A stretch of DNA of 60,379 nt from Octopus sinensis (GCF_006345805.1 NW_021832579.1:1-60379); one strand, 5' to 3'; numbered from the stretch's first letter, positions 1 to 14,439 are shown. Program-made: numbers and translations. The notes: generated by a model not told the origin, from the sequence alone.

Positions 1-339
1 TATATAGCATACATAAGGAAATCACTATATATTTATCTTTAAATATATCCAGATTATAATTATCATTATCACGATTATTATTATTATTATTATATATTAT
101 TATTATTATTATTATTATCATTGGTATTATTTGCTGTGGCTAAATTGGGGTTTAATAAAGTGTTGGATTACTGGTAGTGATTTAATTAACTAACCTCTCT
201 GATCAGATTTGCTGCCCAGTGTCTGTATTAGAAATTATTATTATTATTATTATTATTATTAGTGGCCTTATGCATGTATTATGAAATTACCATCATCATG
301 ATCTTTATATCTATTACAATTATAATAATTACGAAGCTC

Positions 340-556
340 ATAAATTGAATTGAAAAGATAGGAGTAAAAGTGGAGATAGAGAATCTACAAAAAACTGCCA
401 CATGGAATTGCATAAATCTTCAACAGAGTTCCCAAACTCTGAATGAAGAGTGTTACCTTAGTCCACTGATGTTGGACAGCTAACATCCTGCTACATTCCC
501 CAGTGAAGTCACTTTTTTTAAACAAGGTGGTAATAATAATAATAATAATGATAATA
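340..556 (+). mobile_element. 3' end of an R4/Dong-like (RLE) non-LTR retrotransposon ending in (TAA)n
   Basis: Degenerate translation IEKIGVKVEIENLQKTA.../...GIA*IFNRV resembles the LQKxALLGTARI terminus, followed by a TAA tail. Confidence 0.5.
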
Positions 557-2284
557 ACCTGGATGTTAACTTATCATGGAAGACACTCAACATCCAAGCA
601 CAAATCTTAAAATCCTAGCTCTTCCCAATAGAGCAGTTTTTTTTGCGGGGGCCTGCTCTACCCTCATGCCAATTCAAATTTCTACAACATATAATTTGCG
701 GAAAGGGACCCTGTGAGATCTCTGACAACAAGTTGCTCTCCACTCTCACAGAATCAACCAGAGCAAACAAGACCAAGAGAATTAAATAAAAATAATTATT
801 ATTATTACTAATATTATTATTATTATTACTTACTATTAATACTACTACTATTGACAAAGGTTTGAATTTTAATCTTAGTACCACAATTATTTTATATGTT
901 AATATACACAAGGTTTGGTTTTACTCTTTCATCTTTCAACAGGTGCTAAAAACCAAGTACTTAATATAATATAATTGACAGTTTCTATTCCTCGCATAAA
1001 AGACAAAAATCAAAATAATTCTGGCCTTGTGTATTTGTTTAGAAAATAATGTATGAAGGCATAAGCATACAAATTTTTCAACCCCAATTCACAATAAGGA
1101 TTACACCAAATACATTAAAAAAAAAATGATGTGGGTAAAAAATATCTTATGAATTTCAAGCAAAGCATCAAACAACTACAGTAATATATATATATATATA
1201 TAATATATATATATATATACATACATACACACACACATATAAACACACACATGCATATATATATACACAGATACATATATATAAATACATGCATATATAC
1301 ATAATATATAAATGCCATGTATCTGTATATATTCATATATATAATACATACATACATACATACATATGTATGAATGTATGCATATATATATATATATATG
1401 TATATAAATGCATACACATATACATTCACACAGACACAAGCACATACACACACACACATATATATATGAATGTATGTACGTATGTATGTATGTATAGTAT
1501 GTATATTTGATATATATAAAATCTACATACATAGAAACATACACACGTGAGTGGATATTTTTGTGGATAGCTGCAATAAAGTTTACTAAGAATTTCATTC
1601 ATCACATGTGTATATATCTGTTTGTGTGTGGTTTTATGTACATGTTTGTGACTGGGTGTATAATATCCATAGTGATGAAGGTCTGTCTTCACAAAAATTA
1701 GTCATCTAAGATATGTTTATAATATAGTAGGATGAAAACACATTTATTTTTATCTTCAGATAAGAAATTAGATTTTATATATAACTGTCATGTACAATCT
1801 TAAAATTCAGATATAATAGGTAGATTTTTATCTTAATGTTTTGTCTTTCAAGAAAAAAATTTGTCCATTTTGTTAATATATACCATTTAAAAGTTTCGCC
1901 GGGAAAAGTTCACAGTTCAAAATTTTTCTTCTTTTTTTTTTCCCCCCCCACAATAAATGCTTCAAGAAAATAATCGGGAGCTAGTGTTTTATATATGAAT
2001 TATATAATGAATATTTAATTTTCAACAAAACAAACCAATGACCAGTCTTCTTTATTCATACAAAGACCTGGTTTTTATATATATAAATATATATATATAT
2101 ATATGTATATGACATGTATTTATATATGTGTATATGTACATATGTATATATATATGCAGAGAACTAACATATATATATATATATGTATTTATACATATAT
2201 ATATGCATATATATATATGCATATATATGTGTGTATGGATATAGTATGTGTAAATATGCATATGTGTGTGTATGTGTGTGTGTG

Positions 2285-2329
<45 letters not shown>

Positions 2330-2826
2330 CAGTTCATATACTGGTATATACGAGAGATCAAGATAACACTGTGTTCATCATTTATGGCATTTATTGGAAG
2401 AGAGCTCACTCTGAGTATTCCATCATGAAAAACAATTTCTCCTTGGATAATTTCTGTGTTAAAAGTATAACATGTTCCAAATGATGTCATTATACAGCTG
2501 TTTCAGCATACACCGTTGTTTCAGCATAAAATCACCTTTTCAGTAACAGATTCTGTTGCTTGGAAGTCTGCTGATATTATTTGTAGCATGTTGCACTTTT
2601 AATACAAAAAGTGTCAATAGGAGGGGATTGTTCTTTCAAGTCTAAATATCCTAGTGAGTACCAATAGTCTTTGTGTGTATATAAATGATGTTCACTTGTT
2701 AGATACGTATTTATATATTTATATAAATACCTAGGCATGCATTAATAAATATATATATATGCATATATACAGTGTGTATGTATGAGTATATATAAATATA
2801 TGTGCATATACAGATGCATATGAATG

Positions 2827-2896
<70 letters not shown>

Positions 2897-4372
2897 CATG
2901 CAAATATAGATATTTTTGTAAATGTATGTTCAAATGTTTTACATCAATGTATTTGTATGTGTGTGGGTGTGTGAATGAATATATATATATATCCGGTGTT
3001 TGTGGTGGTGTGCACGTATATATATATAAATATATATATATGTGTGTATTTATGTTGCATACATATGAAAAACACATTTACATGCGCAAATACATGTCAA
3101 AAGCAGTTTCCTAAAATCTAACTATATTAAGATGATTTTTTTTACTACTAGTGCATATGCATATATATATATGCACATATAGACATTCATTCATAAGCAA
3201 AAGAAGTATATCTTTCTAGACCAAAATCCATGCATGTTGCTGATGGTCAGAGAGAAATGAATTTTTCTTTTCTATTCATATTTTTGTATTTTGATATTTC
3301 ATTTTATTTCATATTTTATTTTATTTTATTTATTTATTTATTGACATAAGATTTGGTCAGAATTTCAGATATACAACCATTGAATATTACCAGCATTGCA
3401 AAACAGTTTAATAATATATGGGGTATATACATCTCTGCATCACGCATGCACACAGAAACACACACACACAGACCCACACACATGTATGTATTAATATATA
3501 TATATTTTTATATGTATACATATATATATATATATGTGCCTGTCTGTGTGTGTGTGCATATGTGCTGTTCATTATATACTCTGGAGAAAATTTAAAAAAT
3601 ATGCACACTTTAGCTATGTATTTAATCTAAGTCACTATGGCCATTAATTACTGGATGGCTTTGTCTTAGTAATTCAACATCTAAGTTGTAAATGAAATAT
3701 GCAATTTTGCTTCTTTTTTTGAAAAAAATAAATATTGGTCTTCTTCATGATCTTTAATATTTAAATATATTTTTATTAGCAGGTCAAACTTAACCTAGCC
3801 TCTTGCTTCTTGTTTTTATCGTCTTTTACTAAAAATATGCTTTTTAATAATTTACAGCAACTAGTTATACTAATTTCTGAGATCAATCATTTGTTAAGTC
3901 ATGTAGTTTTAAAGATTATCATAATCTATTTTTAACTTAAATTATATTGGGACCAGGACAGGGAATGTTTTGGTATAAGTTCTTAGAATATCTGTAAGAA
4001 AACTGGATGTGTCAATATATGTGTGTATGTATGTATGTATGTATGTATGTGTGTGTGTATATATATATATGTGTGTGAATTATAATAAATATGTAAAAGA
4101 TTTAGTACTAAATTTAAAGGAACTTTTTATTTCAGGAATTTCCTGGTCTTTTAGAATAGTTAAAAAAATACACATAGCATGGAGTTTTGCATAACAAGTG
4201 CTGCTCCTTTTGATTATATTGAAAAGAAACTGGATCTTTGAAACAATGTCTCAACAAAAATTTAAAGAAATAAATCCAACAGAAATATATAAGATATATG
4301 TATAAACCTGTCTATGCACAAACATATATATCAGCACAATATATATATGCACGTGTGTGTAAACATATATGA

Positions 4373-4427
<55 letters not shown>

Positions 4428-4892
4428 TATGTATTTATGATGATGATGACGCCATATATATTTATATTTATATATATATATATATCATGATGATATATAT
4501 GTATATCATAATATATATTATACACACACACATACACACATATGCATAGACAATCTCACGCAATGATATATACATGTATGCATATCTATATGTTTATATA
4601 TATATATGTATATACACACACACACACACACATATATATAGATTTCTAAATATCCAAAATTGTAAAACACAGGCACTCATATTTTGGTTAATGAAATTAG
4701 GAGCATTACCATTAAGAAAATGCAATATATTTTCATATCAGTCAAATATACAACATGATTTCACATCAAGTTTGAGACAACCCCAGCAAATCTCTGCGAA
4801 GAATGGCAATTTGTTCTTCCCTTCTATAAAGTTATTTGGTAAAGTGACTGACATAAGAGAATAATACTGTATTTGATTAATAATAACCATAC

Positions 4893-4932
<40 letters not shown>

Positions 4933-5223
4933 CCTTTCACTATAGGCATAAGGCCCGAAATTTGGGGAGTTGGGTAGGTTGATTATATCGACCCCCAGTG
5001 TCCAACTGGTGCTTATTTTATCGACCCTGAAAGGATGAAAGGCAAAGTCAACCTCGGCAGAATTTGGACTCAGAACATCAAGGCAGATGAAATGTTGTGA
5101 AGCAATTTGCCCCCTGTGTTAACAATTCTGCCAGCTCACTGCCTTAATAATAATAATAGTACATATACATGTATACATATATATATATAATCATCATCAT
5201 TGCTAGTATATGTGTGTGTGTAC

Positions 5224-5257
<34 letters not shown>

Positions 5258-5856
5258 ATATGGTCATGTGTATCATATAGTATACATAATAATATGGATA
5301 CATACACTTGTAAACATTCATACATACAAATTTCAATATAATAAGTACACATATATATGTGTATACACACACACACACACACACACACACATCTGTTTCT
5401 TATACATGCACACATACATGTACCTTACAAAAAAAAAGGTTAAAAGTTAAACTAATACTTGAAAAGTGGTGTGCCAAAAATTGATAATGTCCTGACAGAA
5501 GAAGTTAGAATATGGATATATGATACTATGGAACGAAATACATTTAAATAGTGAATTAAGGAAATACTAATTAATGTTAATTTGCATGAAGTGAAATCTA
5601 TTTTTAATTCAAAGAGCTATTTGCATTGAAAAATTTTCAAACTATTGGATACAGGTTCTTTTTTAAATGCCTCTTTCTTGTAAAATATAAATCTGCTAAA
5701 ACCTGTGTGTGTGAGTATGAATGTGTGTATATATATAAAGTATGTATAGATGTGTGTAGGTAGGTATGTATAATTTAGTTGCATGGTAAATGCATAGTAC
5801 AGGCAATGTAGAATTAACTATTATGGGTTGAAAGTAATAAAAGGGATGCCAGAGAG

Positions 5857-5890
<34 letters not shown>

Positions 5891-5955
5891 ATGCGCATGG
5901 ATATATATACATACATATATGTGTGTGTACGTGTACATAGGCATGTATATATAGG

Positions 5956-6004
<49 letters not shown>

Positions 6005-6705
6005 TTATACATGTGTGAATATGAGTATTGCTATATATATATGCACATGTGTGTGTGTGTATATACATATACATACATACATATATATATATACACACAT
6101 TTGATGCATCAAGTAACATAGTGCATGTATGGGAACAGATAAACTAACATAAAAATATATGTGCATATATATATAGAAATAATTATTTTGATTTCATACT
6201 CATATAAATATATATACGCCTATACATATATACATATGCATGCACATATGTATGTGCATATATATATATGTATATATATATGTATGCATATACGCACATA
6301 TATATACATATTTTTTTATGTATATGCATAATATACATGTGTGTACATACAAACATATATATATCATATACAATATATATTATAATAGAGGTATCTACAG
6401 ATTAATTTATTGATAATATTTATTTATATATATATATACATAGATATATATATATATATATATATTTAGATTTAGACTGAAAGATAGGCAGATAGAATGA
6501 TCAGAGAGATAGGTTAGATTTATAGGTGGAAGAAAGAAATATAGTGAAATTAAGTGATGTATAAGTTGGTAGACAGTGATGGGGCAGGGGTATAGGGAAA
6601 TAGATATAACTTTCTGTGACCGTTAAGAGGCTCCCATTCGTTTGACCAGCAATATATATTTTAGGATTTACTTTTTTTTCTTTTTTTTTAATTCATCTAT
6701 GCTGT

Positions 6706-6751
6706 TTTATTTTATTTATTTTTCTTTTTCGTATATGCACTTTTTTTTATT
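6706..6751 (-). promoter_or_regulatory. Possible proximal polyadenylation signals (several AATAAA) downstream of the PC2 stop
   Basis: Plus-strand tttatt at 6746-6751 and overlapping copies at 6706-6720. AATAAA is common by chance at this AT content. Confidence 0.3.
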
Positions 6752-6793
6752 ACTTTTCTTATGTCTAATATTTTCCAGTGCAATGGAACGTGA

Positions 6794-7082
6794 TTACTTT
6801 TGAAAACCTGTCATGTGCATACGTTTGACAGTATCCAACTTATGGTTCTTACTGTTGTTCAGTTGATGGGTATACGACGATATTTTAGTCCCGTGAAGCA
6901 TCAGAGTCCACTCACTAAATACTCCCATATCTACTCTGCTTGACCAGCCAGAATTGAGACGCACAGTTAGGGTCCAACGTCCACGAGGATTCTCTGCCCA
7001 CGTATGGGTGGTCATGAAAGGCCAACGTTTGAACCCATTCTTGTTATCTGCATCTCTCGGACGGCGACTGAGAATCATTGAT
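6794..7082 (-). CDS. PCSK2: PC2 terminal coding exon: SMILSRRPRD...WPFMTTHTWAENPRGRW...WTLMLHGTK...GFQK*
   Basis: ttgcag|A TCA ATG, stop TAA at 6796-6794. WPFMTTHTW and WTLMLHGT motifs. Confidence 0.97.
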
Positions 7083-7342
7083 CTGCAAAAAAACGAAAAA
7101 AGGAAAGAGAATAGAAAAGAATGAAACTCATGAAACAGATGTCGATATTCCTTGGGTTTTACTCTGAGTTTTATTTTATCAAAATCTGTATTCTATGCAT
7201 CAATAAGTTAAAGTTTGTTTCTATAAAAGAATGCAACGTAACACCAGATCGTAGAACATAGACATACACACATAATATTTATGAGTGTATGTGCATATGT
7301 ATATATATTTGTGTGTGTGTGTATGCATGTTCATATGTATGT

Positions 7343-7373
<31 letters not shown>

Positions 7374-7427
7374 CGTGCATGTGTGTGTGTATATATATAT
7401 ATATATGTGAGTGTATGTTTATACATA

Positions 7428-7459
<32 letters not shown>

Positions 7460-7462
<3 letters not shown>

Positions 7463-8081
7463 GGGTACAGGACATCACCAACAGTAAACAACATGAAATA
7501 CGAAAATAAATGAGTTAAATAAACGCAAATAACGAGAGAAAAATGGTAAACAAGAGAAGTAATAATACAAAGAACGACCCTTTATCAGTTGTCGGCTGTC
7601 TATCTACTCCCCATTTCGAGCAATCAACAACAATATGAATCCTCGAAGACAGTCTCTCCCATAAATACTAAAATAAAATTTTGCATTTGTGGAGGAGGGT
7701 CAAAGTTAAGAACAAAAACAGGACAGTGGAGGCATACAGGGAAACCGAATGAAAACAAACATGGAGGGTCGTTAGACCTGAACAAGGAGAAAATAGCGAA
7801 TGCTGAGAGAAATATTATTTTTGAAAAGAGAAAAGATAGAAGAGAGAGATAGTAGACTGTCCCTAGAACGTCCGTGCAGGAAAGAAAGATGGTCATGTGA
7901 GGAAAAGAAAGATGGACGATGGTCACGTGTGAGCAATGAGAGAGAAAAGGAGAAAGAAAGGGGAGAGAGAGGGAGACAGATAATGCTGAGAGGGAGGAAA
8001 AGGGAATTAGAGAGGATGGGGTGATTGCTCATTTGTTTTCGTATTTCATGTTGTTCACTGTTGGAGACATCCTGTATCATA
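7460..8081. mobile_element. About 620-bp element with about 54-bp terminal inverted repeats
   Basis: tacaggacatcaccaacagtaaacaacatgaaatacgaaaataaatgag is mirrored at 8028-8081; the interior shares sequence with 18635-18780. Confidence 0.75.
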
Positions 8082-8160
8082 TATGCATATATATTTATAT
8101 TATTATTTAATTGAACACCAAGTATCTATTTTCAAGTACGTACGTAGGTACGTACATACA

Positions 8161-8191
<31 letters not shown>

Positions 8192-8314
8192 GCACCGTCA
8201 GATACTCCTGAATCAGTCATTAAGTATCCCACCCATGAGGGATCAATGTTAGATGTATCAAAAGAGCTGTAGTGATTAATAAAAATCCTCATGTCTTCCA
8301 TCTCTCATTTACCC

Positions 8315-8356
<42 letters not shown>

Positions 8357-10006
8357 CTTTTATTCTTTTACTTGTTTCAGTCATTTGACTGAAGCTATGC
8401 TGGAGCACTGCCTTCGGTTGAGCAAATCGACCTCAGGACTTATTTTTGTATATATGAATGCATGTATACAGACATACAAACACGTACACAAATAGATATG
8501 AATGAGTGTGTATATGTGTGAATTGCACGTGAACATACATGAGTTTGTATGCATGTGTATATGTTAAAGTATGTATATGTCTATATATATATATATATAT
8601 ATGTATACATATTCACAAATATATATGGTATATTTTGGATGAGAATACCAAATGGAAGTGACTTCCAGTATCCTGAAAGAAGTGCCAGTCCATTACAGTC
8701 ACCCATTTCAAAAGTGAAATGAAGTGTTTTTCTTAAGAACATAATACATTAATGCTCTGAGAATTGAACCATGATCTTGAAATCTTAAGTGAAACACCTC
8801 AACCACTAGGCCACAAATAGGTATAAACACATATGTGCATATGTGTGTGCCTGCTCACATGTTCATGTAAGCATCATTTTTGCGTCTCACATGGAAGGAC
8901 CTGCAGAAAAGTAAGAAAATATCTAGCAGTGTTGGATTTATACTCCTGATGAATCTCACACCCAATAATCCTGTGCTCTCAAAGTAATGGAATAAATTTG
9001 TAACTAATTATACTTGGAAAATAGGTTAAATGTAAATGTCAAAATGCTATATTTATTTTTTTATTGCCTACAGGGGGGCTAAATATAGTGGGGACAAACA
9101 AGGACAAAGGGATTAAGTCAATTACATTGACCCCAGTGTGGAATTGGAACTTATTTAATCAACCCCGAAGGGATGACAGGCAAAGTCAACCTTGGCAGAA
9201 TTTGAACTCAGAACATAAAGACAGACGAAATACTGCTAAGCATTTTGCCCTGTGTGCTAACGTTTCTGCCAGCTCACTGCCTTATAGTAAAAATACTATA
9301 TTGGTTCAGACAAATACTCATCTAATCCATGCAGCATAGCAAAAATGGATGTAAAACGAACAAAAAATATAGGCTGTAACTGGCATCTGATTTTCATCTT
9401 TCCCAACAAAAATATATTTTTAAAAAAAATAATCCTCACAGAACTGGCTTTGTACCACCACCACCACCACCACCACCACCACCACCACCACACCTTCTCT
9501 AAAACAAGGCACAAGCATGGCTGTGTGGTAAGAAGTTTGCTGCCCAACCATAGCGTTCTGAATTCAGTCCCGTTGTTTGGCACCTTGGGCAAGTGTCTTC
9601 TAATACAGCTTCAAGTCAACCAAAGCCTTGTGAGTTAATTCGGTAGATGGAATCCTGTTGTATGTTTTGTATAAAATTGATAAACAACCCTCAGTTAAAT
9701 ATCCATTAATGCTATTTCACCCAAAGAAATGAATCCATGAACCTGATCTATCCAATGTCCATGGATACTATTGACTGCAATGTAATCATCCCAGGAATAC
9801 GGTCTATGATCTAAGAAACATGCAATTTGTGGAAATGTGCGTAGCAATGAATTAAAAGATTTATAAATTCCATCCAGGATTATTACTGTTACTTATATGT
9901 ATATATATTATATATATATATAAAATTAATTAAGGGTAGAAAATGATATTTATCAATTAAGACCAGTGGTCTAGATATTAAAAAAGAATCCGAAGATTAA
10001 AATATT

Positions 10007-10202
10007 TATATATACCAATTAAGGACTGAACACGAAAAGTGGACAGTCAACATGCTAGATAAGACGTCAAATCGCCATTCACCACAAAAGATTATGTTCT
10101 CAGATCAAGAGAACATAATCTTTGTGGTGAATGGCGATTTGACGTCTATATCTAGCATGTTGACTGTCACTTTTCGTGTTCAGTCCTTAATTGGTATATA
10201 TA
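10007..10202. repeat. Near-perfect palindrome, about 94-bp arms with a 7-nt loop
   Basis: Arms 10007-10101 and 10109-10202 differ only by a few 1-nt indels or mismatches. Confidence 0.95.
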
Positions 10203-11139
10203 TTATTATATATATATGAGAGAGAGAGAGAGCTAGATATATATATATATATACGAAATAACAAGGTGACTAGACAATATAAAACCAAAAAAGTTTATAT
10301 ATATATATATATATAATTAAACTTTTCTAATATTTTATATATATATTATATTGTGTGGAATTTGATTTAGTATTTCTAAATTGAATTCTTTTTCCTTGTA
10401 AGTTTGGATTTTATTCCCTCAAATAATAATTATTATATATATATGCATGTGTATGTGTGTGTCTTAGTTTGTACCCCCACACCACTTGACAGCTGGTGCT
10501 GGTGTGCTTACACCACTGTAACCTAGCAGTTCAGCAAAAGAGACTGAGAGAATAGATGCCATGGTTAGTAAAAAAAATTTTTTTAAATACTGGGGCCGAT
10601 TCATTGAACTAAAATTTTCCCAAGGCCCCCAGCAAATGATAAAAGATAAAATATCACAATTCAAAGCTAAAAAAATTACATCTTTATATCAGAGCATATC
10701 AACTTTCTATAAAACTATATTTGTTACAGAAACTACTTTAAGCCAATGCGTGTTTAAGCTACATCAGAAATATCAAAAAGTAAAAAAAATCTATAAATTA
10801 TATACATTATAAGCTTTACTCAATGCCAAGCAGTTCCTTTAGAGATTTTCCTCAATATAACAAGAAGAAATTTTACAGAGTTTTATTTTTTTTAATGATA
10901 AACTGCTTGCTTGCCAGTCACATTAGAAAGCAACTGTCAACGATAAAATTTATATCATTATTACACTGATGACAGGTTTCATTATTTTTTTTTTTGTTAT
11001 GTTTTTCTTTTTTTTATCTATCGCTACTGTCCTCTGGCATTACTCTTCATTGAAACCTTCCTCTATCATTAACTAATTCTTTGCAAAAATGTTTTTTTTT
11101 TTTATCCAAGCAACAGTAAATGAAAGGCTGTTAGATATA

Positions 11140-11583
11140 AACATCTAAAGAGTTATATATATATGTATAATATATATAGTATATATAATATATATAATAT
11201 ATATTATATGTACATATATATCATTATATATATTATATATATGTATTATATATTATATTAATATATATATAATATATATGTATATATATATATATATATT
11301 ATATACCATATATTATATATATTATATATATTATATAAATTATATATATATTATATATACATATATATTATATATATCTTATACATATATTATATATTAT
11401 ATATACATATATATTATATATATATTATTACATATATATTAATATTACATATAATATATTCTACATATATATTATATATACATGTATATTATATATACAT
11501 ATATATTATATACATATACATATATATCATATATACATATATATTATATATACATACATATATATATACATACATATATATAT

Positions 11584-11614
<31 letters not shown>

Positions 11615-11615
11615 A
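11140..11615. repeat. About 470 bp of almost pure A/T low-complexity sequence
   Basis: tatat/atatt variants with sparse C/G. Confidence 0.95.
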
Positions 11616-11964
11616 TTAAGTTGTTTATTGATGTGGTTATCAAGAAGGATACAACTAAACTACTTGAAATCTGTTAACTCTACTTAAATTCCTAAGTTGC
11701 TTACTTCTAAATGGCATTTTCTGTTTTTCTTCTTTTTCTCTTGTTATCTTTGGTTATTAACATGCACACATAATCATAGCTGTTGGCTACGTAGTTTAAA
11801 ACACTTCTGAGCAACTATATAGGTCTCGGTTTGATTACTCTGAGTAAAAGGCCCCCTTCGATCATGAATGACCATGGGATTGCATTTGGAAAGTTACTCT
11901 CCGAGATGCAAGTCCAAGCAAGGTTGTTTGTGGAAGACCAGCAGTCGCCCATGCATACCCATTT

Positions 11965-12190
11965 CTTTATTGCCCACAAGGGGCTAAACATAGAGGGGAC
12001 AAACAAGGACAGACATAGGCATTAAGTCGATTACATCGACCCCAGTGCGTAACTGGTACTTAATTTATCGACCCCGAAAGGATGAAAGGCAAAGTCGACC
12101 TCAGTGGAATTTGAACTCAGAACACAGCGGCAGACGAAATACCGCTAGGCATTTCGCCTGGCGTGCTAACGTTTCTGCCAGCTCGTCACC
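11965..12190 (-). mobile_element. tRNA-derived SINE family C; other copies at about 4934-5146, 9060-9285, 30590-30790 (+), 33872-34090, 34698-35185, 40115-40310, 57895-58105
   Basis: Head gagctggcagaaacgttagc, B box gagttcaaattcc, central gcctttcatcctttcggggtcgataaa resembling the Meta/MESC SINE domain (from memory). Confidence 0.85.
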
Positions 12191-12452
12191 CATGCATGCC
12201 ATCTTCCCTTCTCCACACCACTGATGTTACCCAAGGGAAAGGCAAAGGTTAATATGGCTTGGCACCAGTGATGTTGCAACTCATTCTCATTTCTACAGAT
12301 GAGTGAACTGGAGCAATGTGAAATAAAGTGTCTTGCTCAAAAACACAACACAGCCTGGTCTGGGAATTGAACTCACTACCTCATGATTGCAAGCCCAATG
12401 CTCTAACCACTGAGCCATGCACCTTCACTACGTATGTTTGTATATTACTTAC

Positions 12453-12617
12453 GTTGTGTTCATCGGGGAAGTCAGAAACATCTCAACATGTCCACGGTAT
12501 GAAGCCTTCAGGGTAATAACAGCTTGAACATGCTCCAGAAAGTTGATCTCACTGCCAGTTCCCTTGCAGGCATCAGTATCAATGGTCAACTGAAGATGTT
12601 CTCCGGTACGGAACTCC
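12453..12617 (-). CDS. PCSK2: PC2 P-domain exon: EFRTGEHLQLTIDTDACKG...FLEHVQAVITLKASYRGHVEMFLTSPMNT
   Basis: ttccag|G GAG ... ACA AC|gtaagt, 165 nt, phase 2-2. LEHVQA and LTSPM P-domain motifs. Confidence 0.97.
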
Positions 12618-12696
12618 CTGGAAATAGAAAGAGGTGTTTCCAGTGTTGTTAGGAATACACAAACCATTATAAACATATATTATATATATATAAAAT

Positions 12697-13038
12697 AATT
12701 ATTTGAGGGAATATTAATCCTAACTTACAGGGAAAAAATTCAATTTAGAAATACTAAATCAAATTTCACATTTCACATTTCAAATTTATATGTATATAAA
12801 AAATTAGAAAAAAAACACCTTTTATCAATTCAAAATGAACAAAACATATAATAGAAAATTACATATAATAGAAATATTAAAATTAAAATAACAATGAAAT
12901 ACCAATGATTAAGTAAATTGCAAAAAAATAATAAAAATATATATAATTGGTAGAAAAACAATATATTATATGTAATTTTCTAGATGGTGTAATTTAATTG
13001 TTCATTTTGAATTGATAAAAGGTGTTTTTTTCTAATTT

Positions 13039-13070
<32 letters not shown>

Positions 13071-13215
13071 TAATAATAATAATAATAATAATAATATAAT
13101 AATAGAGGGAATATTATTCCAAATTACAGGGAAAAAATTCAATTTAGAAATACTAAATCAAATTTCACAAAATATATATATAAAATTAGAAAAAAAAACA
13201 CCTTTTATCAATTAT
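12697..13215. repeat. Composite direct plus inverted AT-rich repeat (Penelope-terminus-like); opposite-strand copy at about 10315-10435
   Basis: gagggaatatta...tacagggaaaaaattcaatttagaaatactaaatc at about 12700 and 13106; inverted aaaaggtgtttttt block between them. Confidence 0.75.
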
Positions 13216-13297
13216 ATAAGTAAGGATAAGATCGATATTTAAATTGTTCTTATCAGGTGGCTAGCATGATTATTACCTTCAAAGGTAATAATTATTT

Positions 13298-13501
13298 AAA
13301 TTATAATTTAGGGTATCTAAGAGATACCACCACGCTGGAAATAGCAGCCAAAACTTGACTCTTAAACCACATTAATGTTCACAGCACAGGAGAGAAGACA
13401 AAGAGACAAGTAAACTAGATCATTTAATGTGGTTTAAGAGTCAAGTTTTGACTGCTATTTCCAGTGGGTGGTATATTCTTAGATACCCTAAATTATAATT
13501 T
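13298..13501. repeat. Inverted repeat, about 78-bp arms with a 49-nt spacer
   Basis: aaattataatttagggtatctaag...aaccacattaa mirrored at 13424-13501. Confidence 0.9.
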
Positions 13502-13825
13502 TATATACATTTATATATATGAATGTATGTGTGTGTATGCATGAATGTAAATATGTAAAAAATATATACACTATATAGGTACATATATGTATATTACACA
13601 CAAGCACATGCATATAAACACAGACACACGTATATAAGCGTATGTAATTATAAACAGGAAGAATGAAGTGTGCAAGCTTTTTTCATACATCAATTTACAA
13701 TTGTTTCATCTCAATTTGATCTCATCAACCTTGCTGCTCCAGGGTTATCAAAATAATTATTATTGTCTGTGTGTGTGTGGCATGTAAGAACATATATGCC
13801 TATCTCTCTCTCCCTTTCTCCCTAA

Positions 13826-13874
<49 letters not shown>

Positions 13875-14439
13875 CCAAAAAACAAAGGAAAATGTAGGAA
13901 TTGTTTATGGGAGAAAGAAATTATAGATCATATAAACACACATAAATTGATAGATGCAAGCAAATTATCGACATTAACATCACACAACACTCAATGTCTA
14001 TTATTAACCTATCATATTTGCCAATCATAATATTGATTTCAAAGTCAAAGGGTTATGCAATATCCCGAGGTTAGATTTGTCTTTCATCCTCCTGGAGGTG
14101 GAGGGCAATAAAATAAAGTACCATTTATGTAGTGGAAGTGATTTATATTTCTTTAGTGCATCCTAGATGCATAAAAGGAACCGTAATATTTAACATGATT
14201 ACAAGAGAGTGTGTATGTGTGTGTGTAAATGAAAATGTGTTATTTTCATACGTTTTCACAGGGATTGTTAATACATGTGTGTGTGCATGTATGACTGTGA
14301 ATATATGAGAACATATGTGTATGTGTGTGTAAATATACACATATGTATAAAGTTACAAATACATATATTCAAAATTGGAACTTGTAATTTCCATTATTCC
14401 TTGCTATGAATTATCATCAAGTATTCTCATTTGAAACTG

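Noticed and set aside
1115-6121. Many 60-140-aa ORFs rich in Y/I/C/V/H/T (also throughout the window)
   Set aside because: They are translations of (TA)n, (TG)n and (CA)n microsatellites, which lack stops in several frames.
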